From assembly GCA_964395905.1 (NCBI GenBank), contig CAYNCP010000002.1:117320-181319 (forward strand): a stretch of DNA of 64,000 nt, written 5' to 3'. Position numbers and translations under genes: made by a program. Position 1 is the stretch's first letter. Each line of letters starts with the position of its first letter. The stretch is from an uncultured Ohtaekwangia sp. GTDB lineage: Bacteria > Bacteroidota > Bacteroidia > Cytophagales > Cyclobacteriaceae. The notes under the pieces are model-generated. The model did no database searches, was not told the DNA's origin, and saw only the letters and a program-made list of their open reading frames with translations. Shown one piece after another: positions 18,598-28,234 of the stretch.

Positions 18598-18650
18598 CAG
18601 ATGCTCTAACCAACTGAGCCCTGCCTGCCGGCAGGCAGGTAAGGGAGAAT
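18598..18650 (-). pseudogene. Partial (5'-half) copy of tRNA-Asn interrupted by a 20-bp perfect palindrome
   Basis: 33 nt match 18539-18571 with one mismatch, split by CCTGCCTGCCGGCAGGCAGG at 18620-18639. Confidence 0.8.
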
Positions 18651-18807
18651 GCTTCCTGTTTTAAAACGGGAGTGCAATATTAAGGGTTTGAGCCCTAAAT
18701 CACCAAGGGTGACTCCAAATTTTCCTAGTATCTGGCTTCTGTCCCAAATTCGATACCAGGGGCTTCAAAAAGAGGGCCTCCTTTTGGAAGCCCATTTTCT
18801 TTTTGAA

Positions 18808-21420
18808 TTACCTGGTTGCTCCCAGATAAATAGAATTAAAAATCAGTTTGTACGTATTTCGAGACTGACCGCGAAATTGTGGCCTGAAGCCAATCAGAAT
18901 GACATTTCCAGCTCCATGTTTCACATTCATCATGGCGCCTTTGTTTTTTATCCTGCTTTCGCCCAGTGCCCAACCGCTCATCAATAAATCTGAGCTGGCG
19001 TAAGTAGCCGCAGCAACAACATCTGGCCTCGGAACGGGTAGCTTTATCAACTCATTACCTCCTTCAGCTTTGCGTGAAGGTACGATCGTTTCGAAAGCAC
19101 GGCTCCGCGAAAAAGATGCCGCGGCCTCCTCCCTCATGCCAAAGGCCAATGGATCTTTGTTGTTTACCTTCATCCGGATAATTGAACCGGGAATAAAGAA
19201 CGAGCTGGAAGAAAATCCTTTGGTAATGTTTTCAACGGGCAGCCCAAATTCATCAATGGCCAGGTCGCAGGCCTGATCAAACATGATCAGCACGCCTCCG
19301 TTAGACACATAATTTTTTAGAGAAAGGGTTCCTTCCAACCCGATACCCCCTACATAAGGTTCGGGCATGGTGCCCGGGCGATGACCTATCAAGATTTCTT
19401 CAGGGGATTGAGAAGGAAAAATGACAGCTGAGTACCTGCTCAAGTCTTTCCCTTTGATATCCTCATTGTGCAACGTGTCCAGGTCAAATTCAAATTGCTC
19501 CAGTACCCAGCGGGTCCATCCCTCGTCTATGTTGGCGTCCCAGGATTTGTAAAGCCCAACTTTCACCTTCTTTAAGTCTTTAACTCCTGCAGGCTTCGAT
19601 GAAATACCTGTAAAGCTTAACCCCAGATCCTTGCTTAACCCGGAGATGCGGCTTTGCGTTTCACTTCCTTTTTCGATGACAAAGGTGCCTGGTTCAAAAG
19701 TATTTTTCCCGTCTATGAATGAAGTTTGCGCAATGGCGATTTTTTCTCCATTTTTTTGAAGCCGGTTGATTGCTGTAGCCGTTTGATTTTCCTTGGGGTC
19801 TAATGCAAATCCAAACCCTGCGCTACCGGAAACTTTTCCTTCACCTACTTTCACATTTGCAGTTACTTTCTTCGTCTTTGCTGTAAAGGAGGAGGTGGTT
19901 CTGTCTACCTGCACCCCCATTGACATAGGCAATGTCCAGCCGGTGAGGTCATACGGTGCGATGGGAGGTCCGCCCGGATACTGATACAAGTCAGGATAGT
20001 TTTGTTTTTCCATCAAATCTGACAAATAGGGTCGGAAGGGCTGTGCACCATACATGATGTACGTTCCTGCTTCATACTCCTTGTCACCCACTTTAAATTT
20101 GCCTGTTGCTTCTTCTACCTCAATGCCTCCCAACAGCATAATGTTGATCAGGTTAGCAGCCTCTTGTTTATCCCATTGATCTTTGGGGACAATATAAGCG
20201 AATGCACCCTTGGAATCTTCAATGGCGTCTTTACCCATCGAATAGATGTTGTAGAGCAGCTCATCGTGTTTTTCTGAGGCCAGATCAAGCACGGCCATGG
20301 ATGCCTCTAACATGTAGTCAACTGCATCTCTGAAGTGGGATTCTCCGCCTTTCCACGGATAGGGATAGAAAATTTCCGTTCCGTCCACTGTTTTTGAAAT
20401 GCCATCGCGTGCCGATCTTCCTCCGACTGCTTTGGGAATGGAGTCGGGCGGGTAGAACCTTGGAGTAGGCGAAGTGTGTGCGGTCTCTGTAAGAATTCCA
20501 ATTTGATTATGATAATACGGGGCGGTTCGCATGCCACCGTTCCACCACATCTCATAAGTGGTCATAGAGATGGCTCCCGGCATTTTCTTCATGGCAAAGC
20601 GATTGGCCATAGCTGTACCTACCAGGTTAACTCCCGTAGTTACGCCTGGGTGTATTTTCATATTCACCGGGCTTCTGAAGGGCGGGATAAAAATCCTTGC
20701 CCAGGCAGGAGAGGACTGATGATGGTTGTGCACAATCTGCGGGTACCATTCATTGTACAGCACATTCATCACCGCCTTGGTTTCTGGCATGTTGCCCATG
20801 AACCAGTCGCGGTTGTTGTCATGTCCCACGTATTCCTGATAGAGAATAGGAGGTCCTGAGGTTTCATAAATAGTGCCCAGGTTTTTTCGATACCATGCGC
20901 CTTCAATGTCGAGCCCGTCCGGATTAATCACGGGTACAACAAGCGTAACTACGTTGTCACGTATTTTTTTCATTTCGTCTGACTCCTCAGCGGCAATGCG
21001 GTAGAGCAGTTCGGGCGTCATCTGCGCATGTGCTTTTTCCGAGGCGTGCATTCCGCCATCAAACCATATGATGGCTTTCCCTTCCTTGGACAACTGTTGT
21101 GCCTCAGCCTCCGAAAGTCGCGCACGGGCCATTTTCTCGCTGATGTTTTTCCACTTGTCAAGCGATTTCATATTTTCTTCGCTTGAAATGAAAATCAATT
21201 TGATAGGCCTGCCACGAACTGACTTTCCTATTTCTGTCACCTTTACACGGTCAGTAGCTGCATCCAGCTTTTCATAGTAAGCCAGCATTTGATCGTAGGT
21301 GGCCATTTTGTAATCAGCTCCGGGTTCGAAGCCAAATGTTTCGGATGGCTTTGGAATTTGGCCGAATGTGGTGCCTGTAATCACCATAAAAGCCAGGCAT
21401 ATTATTTTAAACTTCATCAT
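18808..21420 (-). CDS. Secreted M14-family zinc carboxypeptidase-like protein with C-terminal GATase-like domain
   Basis: Signal peptide; GGMHASE, INPDG, GHDNNRDW, HNHHQ; C-terminal IDEGWTRWVLEQF and GFRPQFRGQ. Confidence 0.85.
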   Translation of the reverse strand: MMKFKIICLAFMVITGTTFGQIPKPSETFGFEPGADYKMATYDQMLAYYEKLDAATDRVKVTEIGKSVRGRPIKLIFISSEENMKSLDKWKNISEKMARARLSEAEAQQLSKEGKAIIWFDGGMHASEKAHAQMTPELLYRIAAEESDEMKKIRDNVVTLVVPVINPDGLDIEGAWYRKNLGTIYETSGPPILYQEYVGHDNNRDWFMGNMPETKAVMNVLYNEWYPQIVHNHHQSSPAWARIFIPPFRSPVNMKIHPGVTTGVNLVGTAMANRFAMKKMPGAISMTTYEMWWNGGMRTAPYYHNQIGILTETAHTSPTPRFYPPDSIPKAVGGRSARDGISKTVDGTEIFYPYPWKGGESHFRDAVDYMLEASMAVLDLASEKHDELLYNIYSMGKDAIEDSKGAFAYIVPKDQWDKQEAANLINIMLLGGIEVEEATGKFKVGDKEYEAGTYIMYGAQPFRPYLSDLMEKQNYPDLYQYPGGPPIAPYDLTGWTLPMSMGVQVDRTTSSFTAKTKKVTANVKVGEGKVSGSAGFGFALDPKENQTATAINRLQKNGEKIAIAQTSFIDGKNTFEPGTFVIEKGSETQSRISGLSKDLGLSFTGISSKPAGVKDLKKVKVGLYKSWDANIDEGWTRWVLEQFEFDLDTLHNEDIKGKDLSRYSAVIFPSQSPEEILIGHRPGTMPEPYVGGIGLEGTLSLKNYVSNGGVLIMFDQACDLAIDEFGLPVENITKGFSSSSFFIPGSIIRMKVNNKDPLAFGMREEAAASFSRSRAFETIVPSRKAEGGNELIKLPVPRPDVVAAATYASSDLLMSGWALGESRIKNKGAMMNVKHGAGNVILIGFRPQFRGQSRNTYKLIFNSIYLGATR

Positions 21421-21548
21421 TTTGAATTTTCATTGTTTACCAGCGCAAAGTATGCAAATGATGAAGGGCTTGCCCAAGGAATTTGATGACAAGGATATTT
21501 ACGCCCTGAACGGAAATACGAGGCGGAATCAGTGGACAAGACAATCGG

Positions 21549-22004
21549 CTATTTCCTGAATACCGCTATACATTCCATTTCCACGCGTGCCCCCAGCGCA
21601 AGACCAGACGTGCCAAAGGCACTGCGAGCAGGCTTGTCGTTTGGAAAGTATTGAACATAAACTGAATTGAAATCCTGCCATTCGCTGATGTCGGCCAGCA
21701 TGACGGTGCATTTCACCACCTGATCCAGTGATGATCCGTTTTGCTCCAGCAAGCTTTTGATGTTTTCAAGCATTTGTTTTGCCTCGCCCTTGATTCCACC
21801 TGGTGCCAGGGTCATTGGATCTTCTGGCATACTTCCAACTTGCCCGGAAAGATACATGACATTACCTACAACCACCATTTCTGAGAATGGGAGATCTGCT
21901 TTCTTAAATGCTTCAGACGTAATGAATTTAATATTTTCATCGCCTTGCTTTGTTTGGCAAGAAAGCAACAGTATAGCAACCAGTAGTGATGATGTTATTT
22001 TCAT
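21549..22004 (-). CDS. RidA/YjgF family protein with lipoprotein signal peptide
   Basis: LPFSE..VVGNVMYLSGQVG, VVKCTVMLAD, PARSAFG, RVEMECIA; N-terminal lipobox LLLSC16. Confidence 0.88.
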   Translation of the reverse strand: MKITSSLLVAILLLSCQTKQGDENIKFITSEAFKKADLPFSEMVVVGNVMYLSGQVGSMPEDPMTLAPGGIKGEAKQMLENIKSLLEQNGSSLDQVVKCTVMLADISEWQDFNSVYVQYFPNDKPARSAFGTSGLALGARVEMECIAVFRK

Positions 22005-22029
22005 GGGTCTTTATTTTAAATGAATTAAA

Positions 22030-22347
22030 TTATTTTCCTTTGTTAACCGTTTCGTAAGCAGTAACTACCATATCCTTCATTGTACTTTTCTTTACCTTAT
22101 CAAGCTCAATTGTTGTCCAACCCTGCTTGCCCCAGGCGCCTTTTACAGGATAGATAATATTCACGTTGAAATCACAAAATACGAATTGATCAATTTCACT
22201 CAGCTTCACCACCACACGCTTTGATTTTAAATCCATCGTTGCAAAAATTTTTTTCTTCACCCGAAAAGAGGTCTTTGCAAAATGAGGTTCTTCAACCGCA
22301 TGGGGAAGTGATAAGGCCAGTTGCCGAACTTCTTGAGTGCTTACCAT
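22030..22347 (-). CDS. MmcQ/YjbR family protein
   Basis: ALSLPHAVEEPHF..TSFRVKKKIFA; GAWGKQGWT. Confidence 0.8.
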   Translation of the reverse strand: MVSTQEVRQLALSLPHAVEEPHFAKTSFRVKKKIFATMDLKSKRVVVKLSEIDQFVFCDFNVNIIYPVKGAWGKQGWTTIELDKVKKSTMKDMVVTAYETVNKGK

Positions 22348-23496
22348 TTATCTCTGGTTACAAAAATCCAGGGTAGTTTGTAAAAGAACTGCTGACAGGT
22401 CATGAACGGAAGAAAGATCAACCCATTCCTTCTGTTGATGGATTCCACCACCTTTTGGTCCGATAATCACCGTTTCAATACCTGCTTCCCCAAAAAGCGC
22501 CGCGTCTTCCCACCAGGTATGGCCTATAAAGTTGTGCGAACGTGAATTTTGCATTGCCTGTTGCAATGATTTTACAATGGCAGCTTCGCTACTTATTTCA
22601 TAAGGATTTCGCCAGATTAATTGCTTTATGGATGATTTGAACTTTGGATCTACAGCACCTAATTTTTCCAGGATTTCATTAATCTCATCATACACCTGCT
22701 TTTCTTTTTCTCCTGGCAAAGTTCTGCGCTCAACCTGGATGGAGCACTGGCCTGCGTAAATGAATAAGCTTTGACCACCTTTAATTAATGGAACATGCAA
22801 AGAGGCATCGCCACAAAGCGGATGTTTCTTCCTATAGGTGAGGCTTTTCGATAAGGCACTGAGTTCGTTGAGTACCAAACCCATTTGCAAATTAGCATCA
22901 ATACCTACGTGATGTTGACCGCCATGAGCAATTTTTCCATGTGTGATAATTTCATATATACCAAAGCCGCGGTGTCCCAGACAGATTTGAAGTTCTGTTG
23001 GCTCGGTGACAATGCAAGCATCTGCCTTTACATTTCGAAGTAGCTGTTGCGTACCCACAGACTCATATTCTTCATCTGCTACGAAGGTAAGGTGTACATC
23101 GCCCAAAAGAGCATCCCGACTTTCGGCTATTGCTTTCGCTACTCCAAGCATGGCGGCAATGCTGCCTTTCATATCGTAAGCTCCTCTGCCAAAAAGTTTA
23201 CCATCAACTACCTTAGGCGAAAAGGCGTCTATCATTCCTTCCACACCCACTGTATCCATATGCGCATTGAGGATCAGAGATTTGCCATTGCCAGTGCCAT
23301 TCCATTTTCCGATTACATTAGCCCGGCCGGGTGCGAATTGATCCATGGAAGTCGCAAAACCACAGGATTGTAGCACTTGATGGATATAATTGCCAATTTC
23401 AATTTCTCCCATTCCCCCTTTTTCCAAATTCGGATTTACTGAATTGATTTTTACCAAATCAATAAGTGTGTTGGTAATAAATGTAGAATCGATCAT
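22348..23496 (-). CDS. M20 family ArgE/DapE-like deacylase
   Basis: LNAHMDTV, GRGAYDMKG, ADEEYES, TEPT and GGIHQ..EWV motifs. Confidence 0.88.
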   Translation of the reverse strand: MIDSTFITNTLIDLVKINSVNPNLEKGGMGEIEIGNYIHQVLQSCGFATSMDQFAPGRANVIGKWNGTGNGKSLILNAHMDTVGVEGMIDAFSPKVVDGKLFGRGAYDMKGSIAAMLGVAKAIAESRDALLGDVHLTFVADEEYESVGTQQLLRNVKADACIVTEPTELQICLGHRGFGIYEIITHGKIAHGGQHHVGIDANLQMGLVLNELSALSKSLTYRKKHPLCGDASLHVPLIKGGQSLFIYAGQCSIQVERRTLPGEKEKQVYDEINEILEKLGAVDPKFKSSIKQLIWRNPYEISSEAAIVKSLQQAMQNSRSHNFIGHTWWEDAALFGEAGIETVIIGPKGGGIHQQKEWVDLSSVHDLSAVLLQTTLDFCNQR

Positions 23497-23779
23497 GAGT
23501 CAATGATCCAGGGTCATCAAAAGGAAGAATATTGAAATGTAAACTTCGGCATAAAGAAGAAAAAGTGCTACCGGTCATGCTTACATTGATGCGACTGGTG
23601 CCTATCGATCAAACAAAATTGAGTAATCAGCCTGCTCTATACCTCAGAAGGAGGGATATCAACAGCGGTAGTGGGTGTACTTATGGTGCCGATGAGGACT
23701 ATTCTTCCTTTTTTCCTAAATTTCTACGTCAATTAGCAGTTCATCTGCTATAGTAGCTAATCAGGAAAAAATTTACAAA

Positions 23780-24535
23780 ATGAGAAAATTGGTAAGCATG
23801 GTGTTGATGACCGAACTCTTAAGCCTCGTCTCTGTATTGAGCGATGCTCAGGCACTACCCCCTCAAATCAGATTACGCGAAACCATGGAGGGTATTTCAG
23901 ATCCCGGTGGCGTGACGCGGGGCGAAGTGCTTTATGGTGTTGAGGTGCAACCAGGAAGAATATTGGGAGATTATTACCTCGATTCAAAATGGAACAAGGG
24001 TTCATTGCTGGCATACGGTAGCGATAAGGTGATTGATGGCTATTACATAAAGTATGACATTGAAGGAAATTCAATAGAGATAAAAGTAGGAGCGCAGATA
24101 AAACTCATTTCTGTTAACAAAATTGAAAGTATCATTTGGCGTGATTCAATTACGAACTACACAAGAGCATTTGTGAATGGAAAGGGCTACATGGTAAATG
24201 GCGAAGAGATAAATGGGTTAATTGAAATTCTGGAGGATGGGATGCTTCCCTTGGTCAAAAAGACGACCATTTGGATCAAACGACCGGATTATGTAATGGC
24301 ATTTGATGTAGGCAGCAAGGATGCACAAATTAATAAACGGGATAATTTCTACTATGCTAAGGGAAAGGAATTATTCGAAATCAAAAAGAAAAAGGATTTG
24401 CTTGCTGCGTTTGGCGATCGGAGTGAAGAAATGGCAAAATACATCAAAGTAAATCGCCTGAACATAGGCGATGAACGTCACCTGCGGGTGCTATTTCAAT
24501 ATTATAACAATCAGATGGAAGCGAACGCCAACTGA
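23780..24535 (+). CDS. Conserved-looking exported hypothetical protein
   Basis: 251-aa ORF filling the locus, hydrophobic N-terminus, G..Y....W..G pattern seen in Bacteroidota hypotheticals; no function recognised. Confidence 0.65.
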   Translation: MRKLVSMVLMTELLSLVSVLSDAQALPPQIRLRETMEGISDPGGVTRGEVLYGVEVQPGRILGDYYLDSKWNKGSLLAYGSDKVIDGYYIKYDIEGNSIEIKVGAQIKLISVNKIESIIWRDSITNYTRAFVNGKGYMVNGEEINGLIEILEDGMLPLVKKTTIWIKRPDYVMAFDVGSKDAQINKRDNFYYAKGKELFEIKKKKDLLAAFGDRSEEMAKYIKVNRLNIGDERHLRVLFQYYNNQMEANAN

Positions 24536-24537
24536 TC

Positions 24538-25137
24538 TTACTTCATGAGCGAATTATACAACCGCAAGCAAACCCACGCATCCGTGGCTGCATAACTAAT
24601 TTGCCTGTCAGTGTAGGTGGGAGCCTCCCAGTTGCTGGTTTGGGCGCTTTTTGAAATCCGGAAACCAAGTACCAATCCGGCCAACTTCTTCACACTTTCT
24701 ACCTGTAGCCCTTTACTTTTTGCAATGGTGGATAACTCCACGAATCCGTCAGCATTGAATCTTTGAAGTCTTTGAAGCGCTTTGATGTCGTCCCTCAATC
24801 CAATGCCTGCTTTCAGGATTTCATCATTTTCCAAAAAAGACACCATCTCTTTGGTTACACCTGTGTGATTGAGGCGGAAAAGAAAAACTTTTTGAGGGAG
24901 TGCAAGTTGCATCAATGACACATCATACCGCTGTCCTTTGTGAAAACTGGGCCGGGTTTCAGTATCGAAACCAACTACTTCGTGACTTTTAATTTCATCA
25001 AAGGCCCTGATTACTTTTTTGGGTTCGATAATTAAATTGACTTCTCCATTGAAAGAAGCTAATGGGAGCGAGTTGATTTCCTCCTTCGTAATGGTCAGGC
25101 GTGATGCGTTATGTTTTTGAAAGTTCACTATCGTCAA
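24538..25137 (-). CDS. 3'-5' exonuclease (DEDDy, RNase D/WRN-like); start uncertain, overlaps nhaC stop
   Basis: VGFDTETRP, SNWEA..YTDRQISYAATDAW. Confidence 0.85.
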   Translation of the reverse strand: MTIVNFQKHNASRLTITKEEINSLPLASFNGEVNLIIEPKKVIRAFDEIKSHEVVGFDTETRPSFHKGQRYDVSLMQLALPQKVFLFRLNHTGVTKEMVSFLENDEILKAGIGLRDDIKALQRLQRFNADGFVELSTIAKSKGLQVESVKKLAGLVLGFRISKSAQTSNWEAPTYTDRQISYAATDAWVCLRLYNSLMK

Positions 25138-26560
25138 ATCTGCGTATTTTGTAGTTTAAGTACGCTTGCAGTACAGTCATCAGTGGGCTGATGATGCAAA
25201 AGAAAGTAAAAGGCGCGTACACCATGGTGGCCACTCCGAGAACACCAGCCTGGGTTGCACCACAGGTATTCCAGGGCACGAGCACAGAAGTTACTGTGCC
25301 CGAGTCTTCGAGCGTGCGGCTAAGTAACTCTGGTTTATATCCTCTTTCCCGATAGGTATTGGCAAACATTCTGCCTGGAACGGCAATGGCCATATACTGA
25401 TCGGAGGCGGTAATGTTGAAAAACAAACAGCTTGCTGCCGTTGAAGTGACCAATGACCCTGTATTGTGTGCAAATTTTATGATCTCATCCGCAATGCGAT
25501 GTAACAAACCGGAAGATTCCATTACACCGCCAAATATCATCGCACAAAGAATTAACCAGATGGTATTTAGCATGCCTGCCATCCCTCGCCCGGTTAGTAA
25601 GTCCGTAATCATTTGATTATCTGTCTGCACATTAATAGTCGTTGTCATGGCGCGCATAACAGCGATAAAAGATGATTTCAAATAGTTGTCATCTATTCCT
25701 GAAATCTGATTTACCACCTGCGGCTGAAAAATCACCGCGCAAAGTCCGCCCAGTAATGAACCAACCAGGAGTGCCGGCAGGGCTGGTACTTTTTTGACAA
25801 TCAGGTAAACTACTGCAACAGGAACCAGGAACAAGAGCGGATTAAGGTCAAATGATTTTTCGATGGTAAGCAAAACCGCATCCGTGTTGGTAACTGTACC
25901 GGTGGTATCCAGCATGAATCCCCACACCAGGAATATAATTAGGGTAATGGTGATCGATGGAATGGTGGTGACCGCCATGTATTTGATATGGGTAAACAAA
26001 TCGGTTCCCGCCATAGCGGGTGCCAGATTAGTGGTATCTGATAGGGGAGACATCTTATCACCGAAATAGGCACCTGATACTATTGCGCCCGCAATCACAC
26101 CTTCGTCAAGGCCAAGTGCTTTTCCAATTCCAAGGAGCGCTATTCCAATCGTGGCCACAGTAGTCCATGAGCTACCAGTAGAAACAGAAACGACTGCGCA
26201 GGCCATACAGGCTGCGAATAAAAAAATAGTTGGATTGAGAATCTTAAGACCATAGTAAATCATGGCAGGAACGATTCCACTCAATAACCATGTGCCGGAC
26301 AATGAACCAATCAACAACAGAATAAGCATGGCGCCCATTGCCGTGTTAATGCTTTTGAGCATGCTTTTCTCAATTTCTTTCCAGGAGTAACCTAGTCGGA
26401 TGGAAACAATGCCCGCTACGGCAGCTGCCAGCAGCAAGCCAATTTGATTAGGACCATTGGTGGCATCGGTGCCCAGCACGAGCACATTAATTGCCAACAG
26501 CACAATGAGCACAATGATGGGAGTCATTGCCTGCAAAAGACTAGGTTTTTTTTTGGTCAT
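25109..26560 (-). CDS. nhaC: Na+/H+ antiporter NhaC
   Basis: TGSSWTT, GAYFGDKMSPLSDTTNLA, LSRTLEDSGT..LVPWNTCG. Confidence 0.92.
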   Translation of the reverse strand: MTKKKPSLLQAMTPIIVLIVLLAINVLVLGTDATNGPNQIGLLLAAAVAGIVSIRLGYSWKEIEKSMLKSINTAMGAMLILLLIGSLSGTWLLSGIVPAMIYYGLKILNPTIFLFAACMACAVVSVSTGSSWTTVATIGIALLGIGKALGLDEGVIAGAIVSGAYFGDKMSPLSDTTNLAPAMAGTDLFTHIKYMAVTTIPSITITLIIFLVWGFMLDTTGTVTNTDAVLLTIEKSFDLNPLLFLVPVAVVYLIVKKVPALPALLVGSLLGGLCAVIFQPQVVNQISGIDDNYLKSSFIAVMRAMTTTINVQTDNQMITDLLTGRGMAGMLNTIWLILCAMIFGGVMESSGLLHRIADEIIKFAHNTGSLVTSTAASCLFFNITASDQYMAIAVPGRMFANTYRERGYKPELLSRTLEDSGTVTSVLVPWNTCGATQAGVLGVATMVYAPFTFFCIISPLMTVLQAYLNYKIRRFDDSELSKT

Positions 26561-26727
26561 TCAGCGAATCTTATGATGGACATTAGCTGGCTAAAGATTT
26601 CAAGATAATAATATTTGTTGATTCACCCTTTTCCGGGAAAATTTATCTGATAGGAGTACGATGATTTCCAGTGCCTGAATGAGCCCATTTGTTCACCGAT
26701 TGGACAATTCATAACTTACTGAGAAAT

Positions 26728-27252
26728 ATGCCAGCTATGTTTGATCCAGCCCTGATTTTAGAAAAAGCTAAGAAATCTTCTTTTTATTTAAGTCTACTTA
26801 ACTTCTCTTTGAATCGGATGATTCCATTCAATAAGCCACATGGATTTAAAGTGGTGGAATTGGAAGACTACCGCCTGAAAACGACAATCCCGTATCGCCC
26901 AAGAAATTTCAACCATATTCGTGGGTTGCACGCTTGTGCTTTAGCCACGCTCTCCGAGTTTACCACTGGATTCTTGTTGGTAACAAAATTGGATGCAAAA
27001 AAGTATAGACTGATCATGCAAAAGCTGGAGATGAATTATCACTATCAGGGAAAAATGGATGCGTTTGCTGAGTTTGTAATCAGCGAAGCGTGGCTCAATG
27101 AAAAAGTATATCATGCCCTGGAAAAAAATGAAGCCGTTGTAGTTATATGTGAAATTAAAATCCATGACAAAAATGGCAATCACCTCACTACAGGACTTGT
27201 TCATTGGCAAATCAAAGACTGGAGTAGCGTAAAGACGAAAGTGGCTGCCTGA
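26728..27252 (+). CDS. Hotdog-fold/PaaI-like protein (DUF4442-like)
   Basis: IPFNKPHG, NFNHIRGLHACALATLSEFTTG motif. Confidence 0.75.
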   Translation: MPAMFDPALILEKAKKSSFYLSLLNFSLNRMIPFNKPHGFKVVELEDYRLKTTIPYRPRNFNHIRGLHACALATLSEFTTGFLLVTKLDAKKYRLIMQKLEMNYHYQGKMDAFAEFVISEAWLNEKVYHALEKNEAVVVICEIKIHDKNGNHLTTGLVHWQIKDWSSVKTKVAA

Positions 27253-27265
27253 TTTGCGCATTAAG

Positions 27266-28234
27266 ATGGGTGAGCGTTTCAATATTAATCGACATAAACC
27301 GTATGAATTCATCCAGGGCAATTGCCCTATTGGGTATAAACCTTTGTATGATCCCTCGCTTTATAGCACACTAATACATAGGGCGCTTCAATCCCAGAGC
27401 AATTGGCGATCGTATCATATCATACGAAGAGATAAAAAATATGTGATTGGTTCTATTCATTTTTGCAACAAGGAGGGGGTTGCCAAAAGTCCTTATTCTG
27501 CTCCGTTTGGTTCTTTTGAGTTATGGAAAGCAACACCGGCATCCTTGCTATTTGATTTTATTTTATTTTATGAAACTGATTTAAAGAAACTGCACATTAA
27601 GCGAATTTTAATCAAAAGCTTCCCGGAGGGTTATCAATCGAAAATGCACAACTTAATTACCGTTCTGCTTTTCAATCATCATTATTCGATTGGAAATGCT
27701 GAACTGGGCGCCTTGCTTAAAATTGATGAAGATCTATTTGTTAATCAGATCGATCCCTGGGAAAAAAGAAAATTAAAACAGGCATTCAAAGCAAAGCTTA
27801 GATTTGAGACCATCCCAAATAAGAAACTGAAGGACGCCTATCAGTTTATTTTGGCTTGTCGAAAAGAACGAGGTTATGAGATCAGCATGTCATTTGATCA
27901 ACTGAAAAGAACCGTACAAAAGTTAGATCAATATTTTTATTGCTTTGGAGTTTATCACGAAGATAGATTGATTGCAGCTTCAATTTGTGTAAGGGAGAAT
28001 AAGCATATTCTGTATAATTTTTATTCAGGTCACAGCAAAGCATCGGATTCATTGAGTCCAATCGTTTTCCTGATTGGTGAATTATACAGTTGGTGTCAGC
28101 ATCACAAAGTAAAGCTTCTTGATTTGGGCACCTCTGCGTTGGGAGGAAAGCCGAATTTCTCGCTCATTGATTTCAAGTTGCGACTGGGTGCCATACCTTC
28201 CATGAAGCTCACTTTCGAAAAAGAGTTGAAATAA
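27266..28234 (+). CDS. FemAB-like GNAT family protein
   Basis: SPYSAPFGS; RKLKQA; LIAASIC...LYNFYSG; LLDLGTS...LIDFKLRLGA. Confidence 0.7.
   Translation: MGERFNINRHKPYEFIQGNCPIGYKPLYDPSLYSTLIHRALQSQSNWRSYHIIRRDKKYVIGSIHFCNKEGVAKSPYSAPFGSFELWKATPASLLFDFILFYETDLKKLHIKRILIKSFPEGYQSKMHNLITVLLFNHHYSIGNAELGALLKIDEDLFVNQIDPWEKRKLKQAFKAKLRFETIPNKKLKDAYQFILACRKERGYEISMSFDQLKRTVQKLDQYFYCFGVYHEDRLIAASICVRENKHILYNFYSGHSKASDSLSPIVFLIGELYSWCQHHKVKLLDLGTSALGGKPNFSLIDFKLRLGAIPSMKLTFEKELK

Noticed and set aside
18649-18987. 112-aa plus-strand ORF next to the tRNA fragment (possible nuclease or integrase for the palindromes)
   Set aside because: It overlaps the 3' end of the M14 gene antisense and has no HUH, GIY-YIG or tyrosine-recombinase motif.
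23532-23753. 73-aa ORF in the gap between the M20 gene and the hypothetical gene
   Set aside because: TTG start, no motif or signal; more likely divergent promoter DNA.
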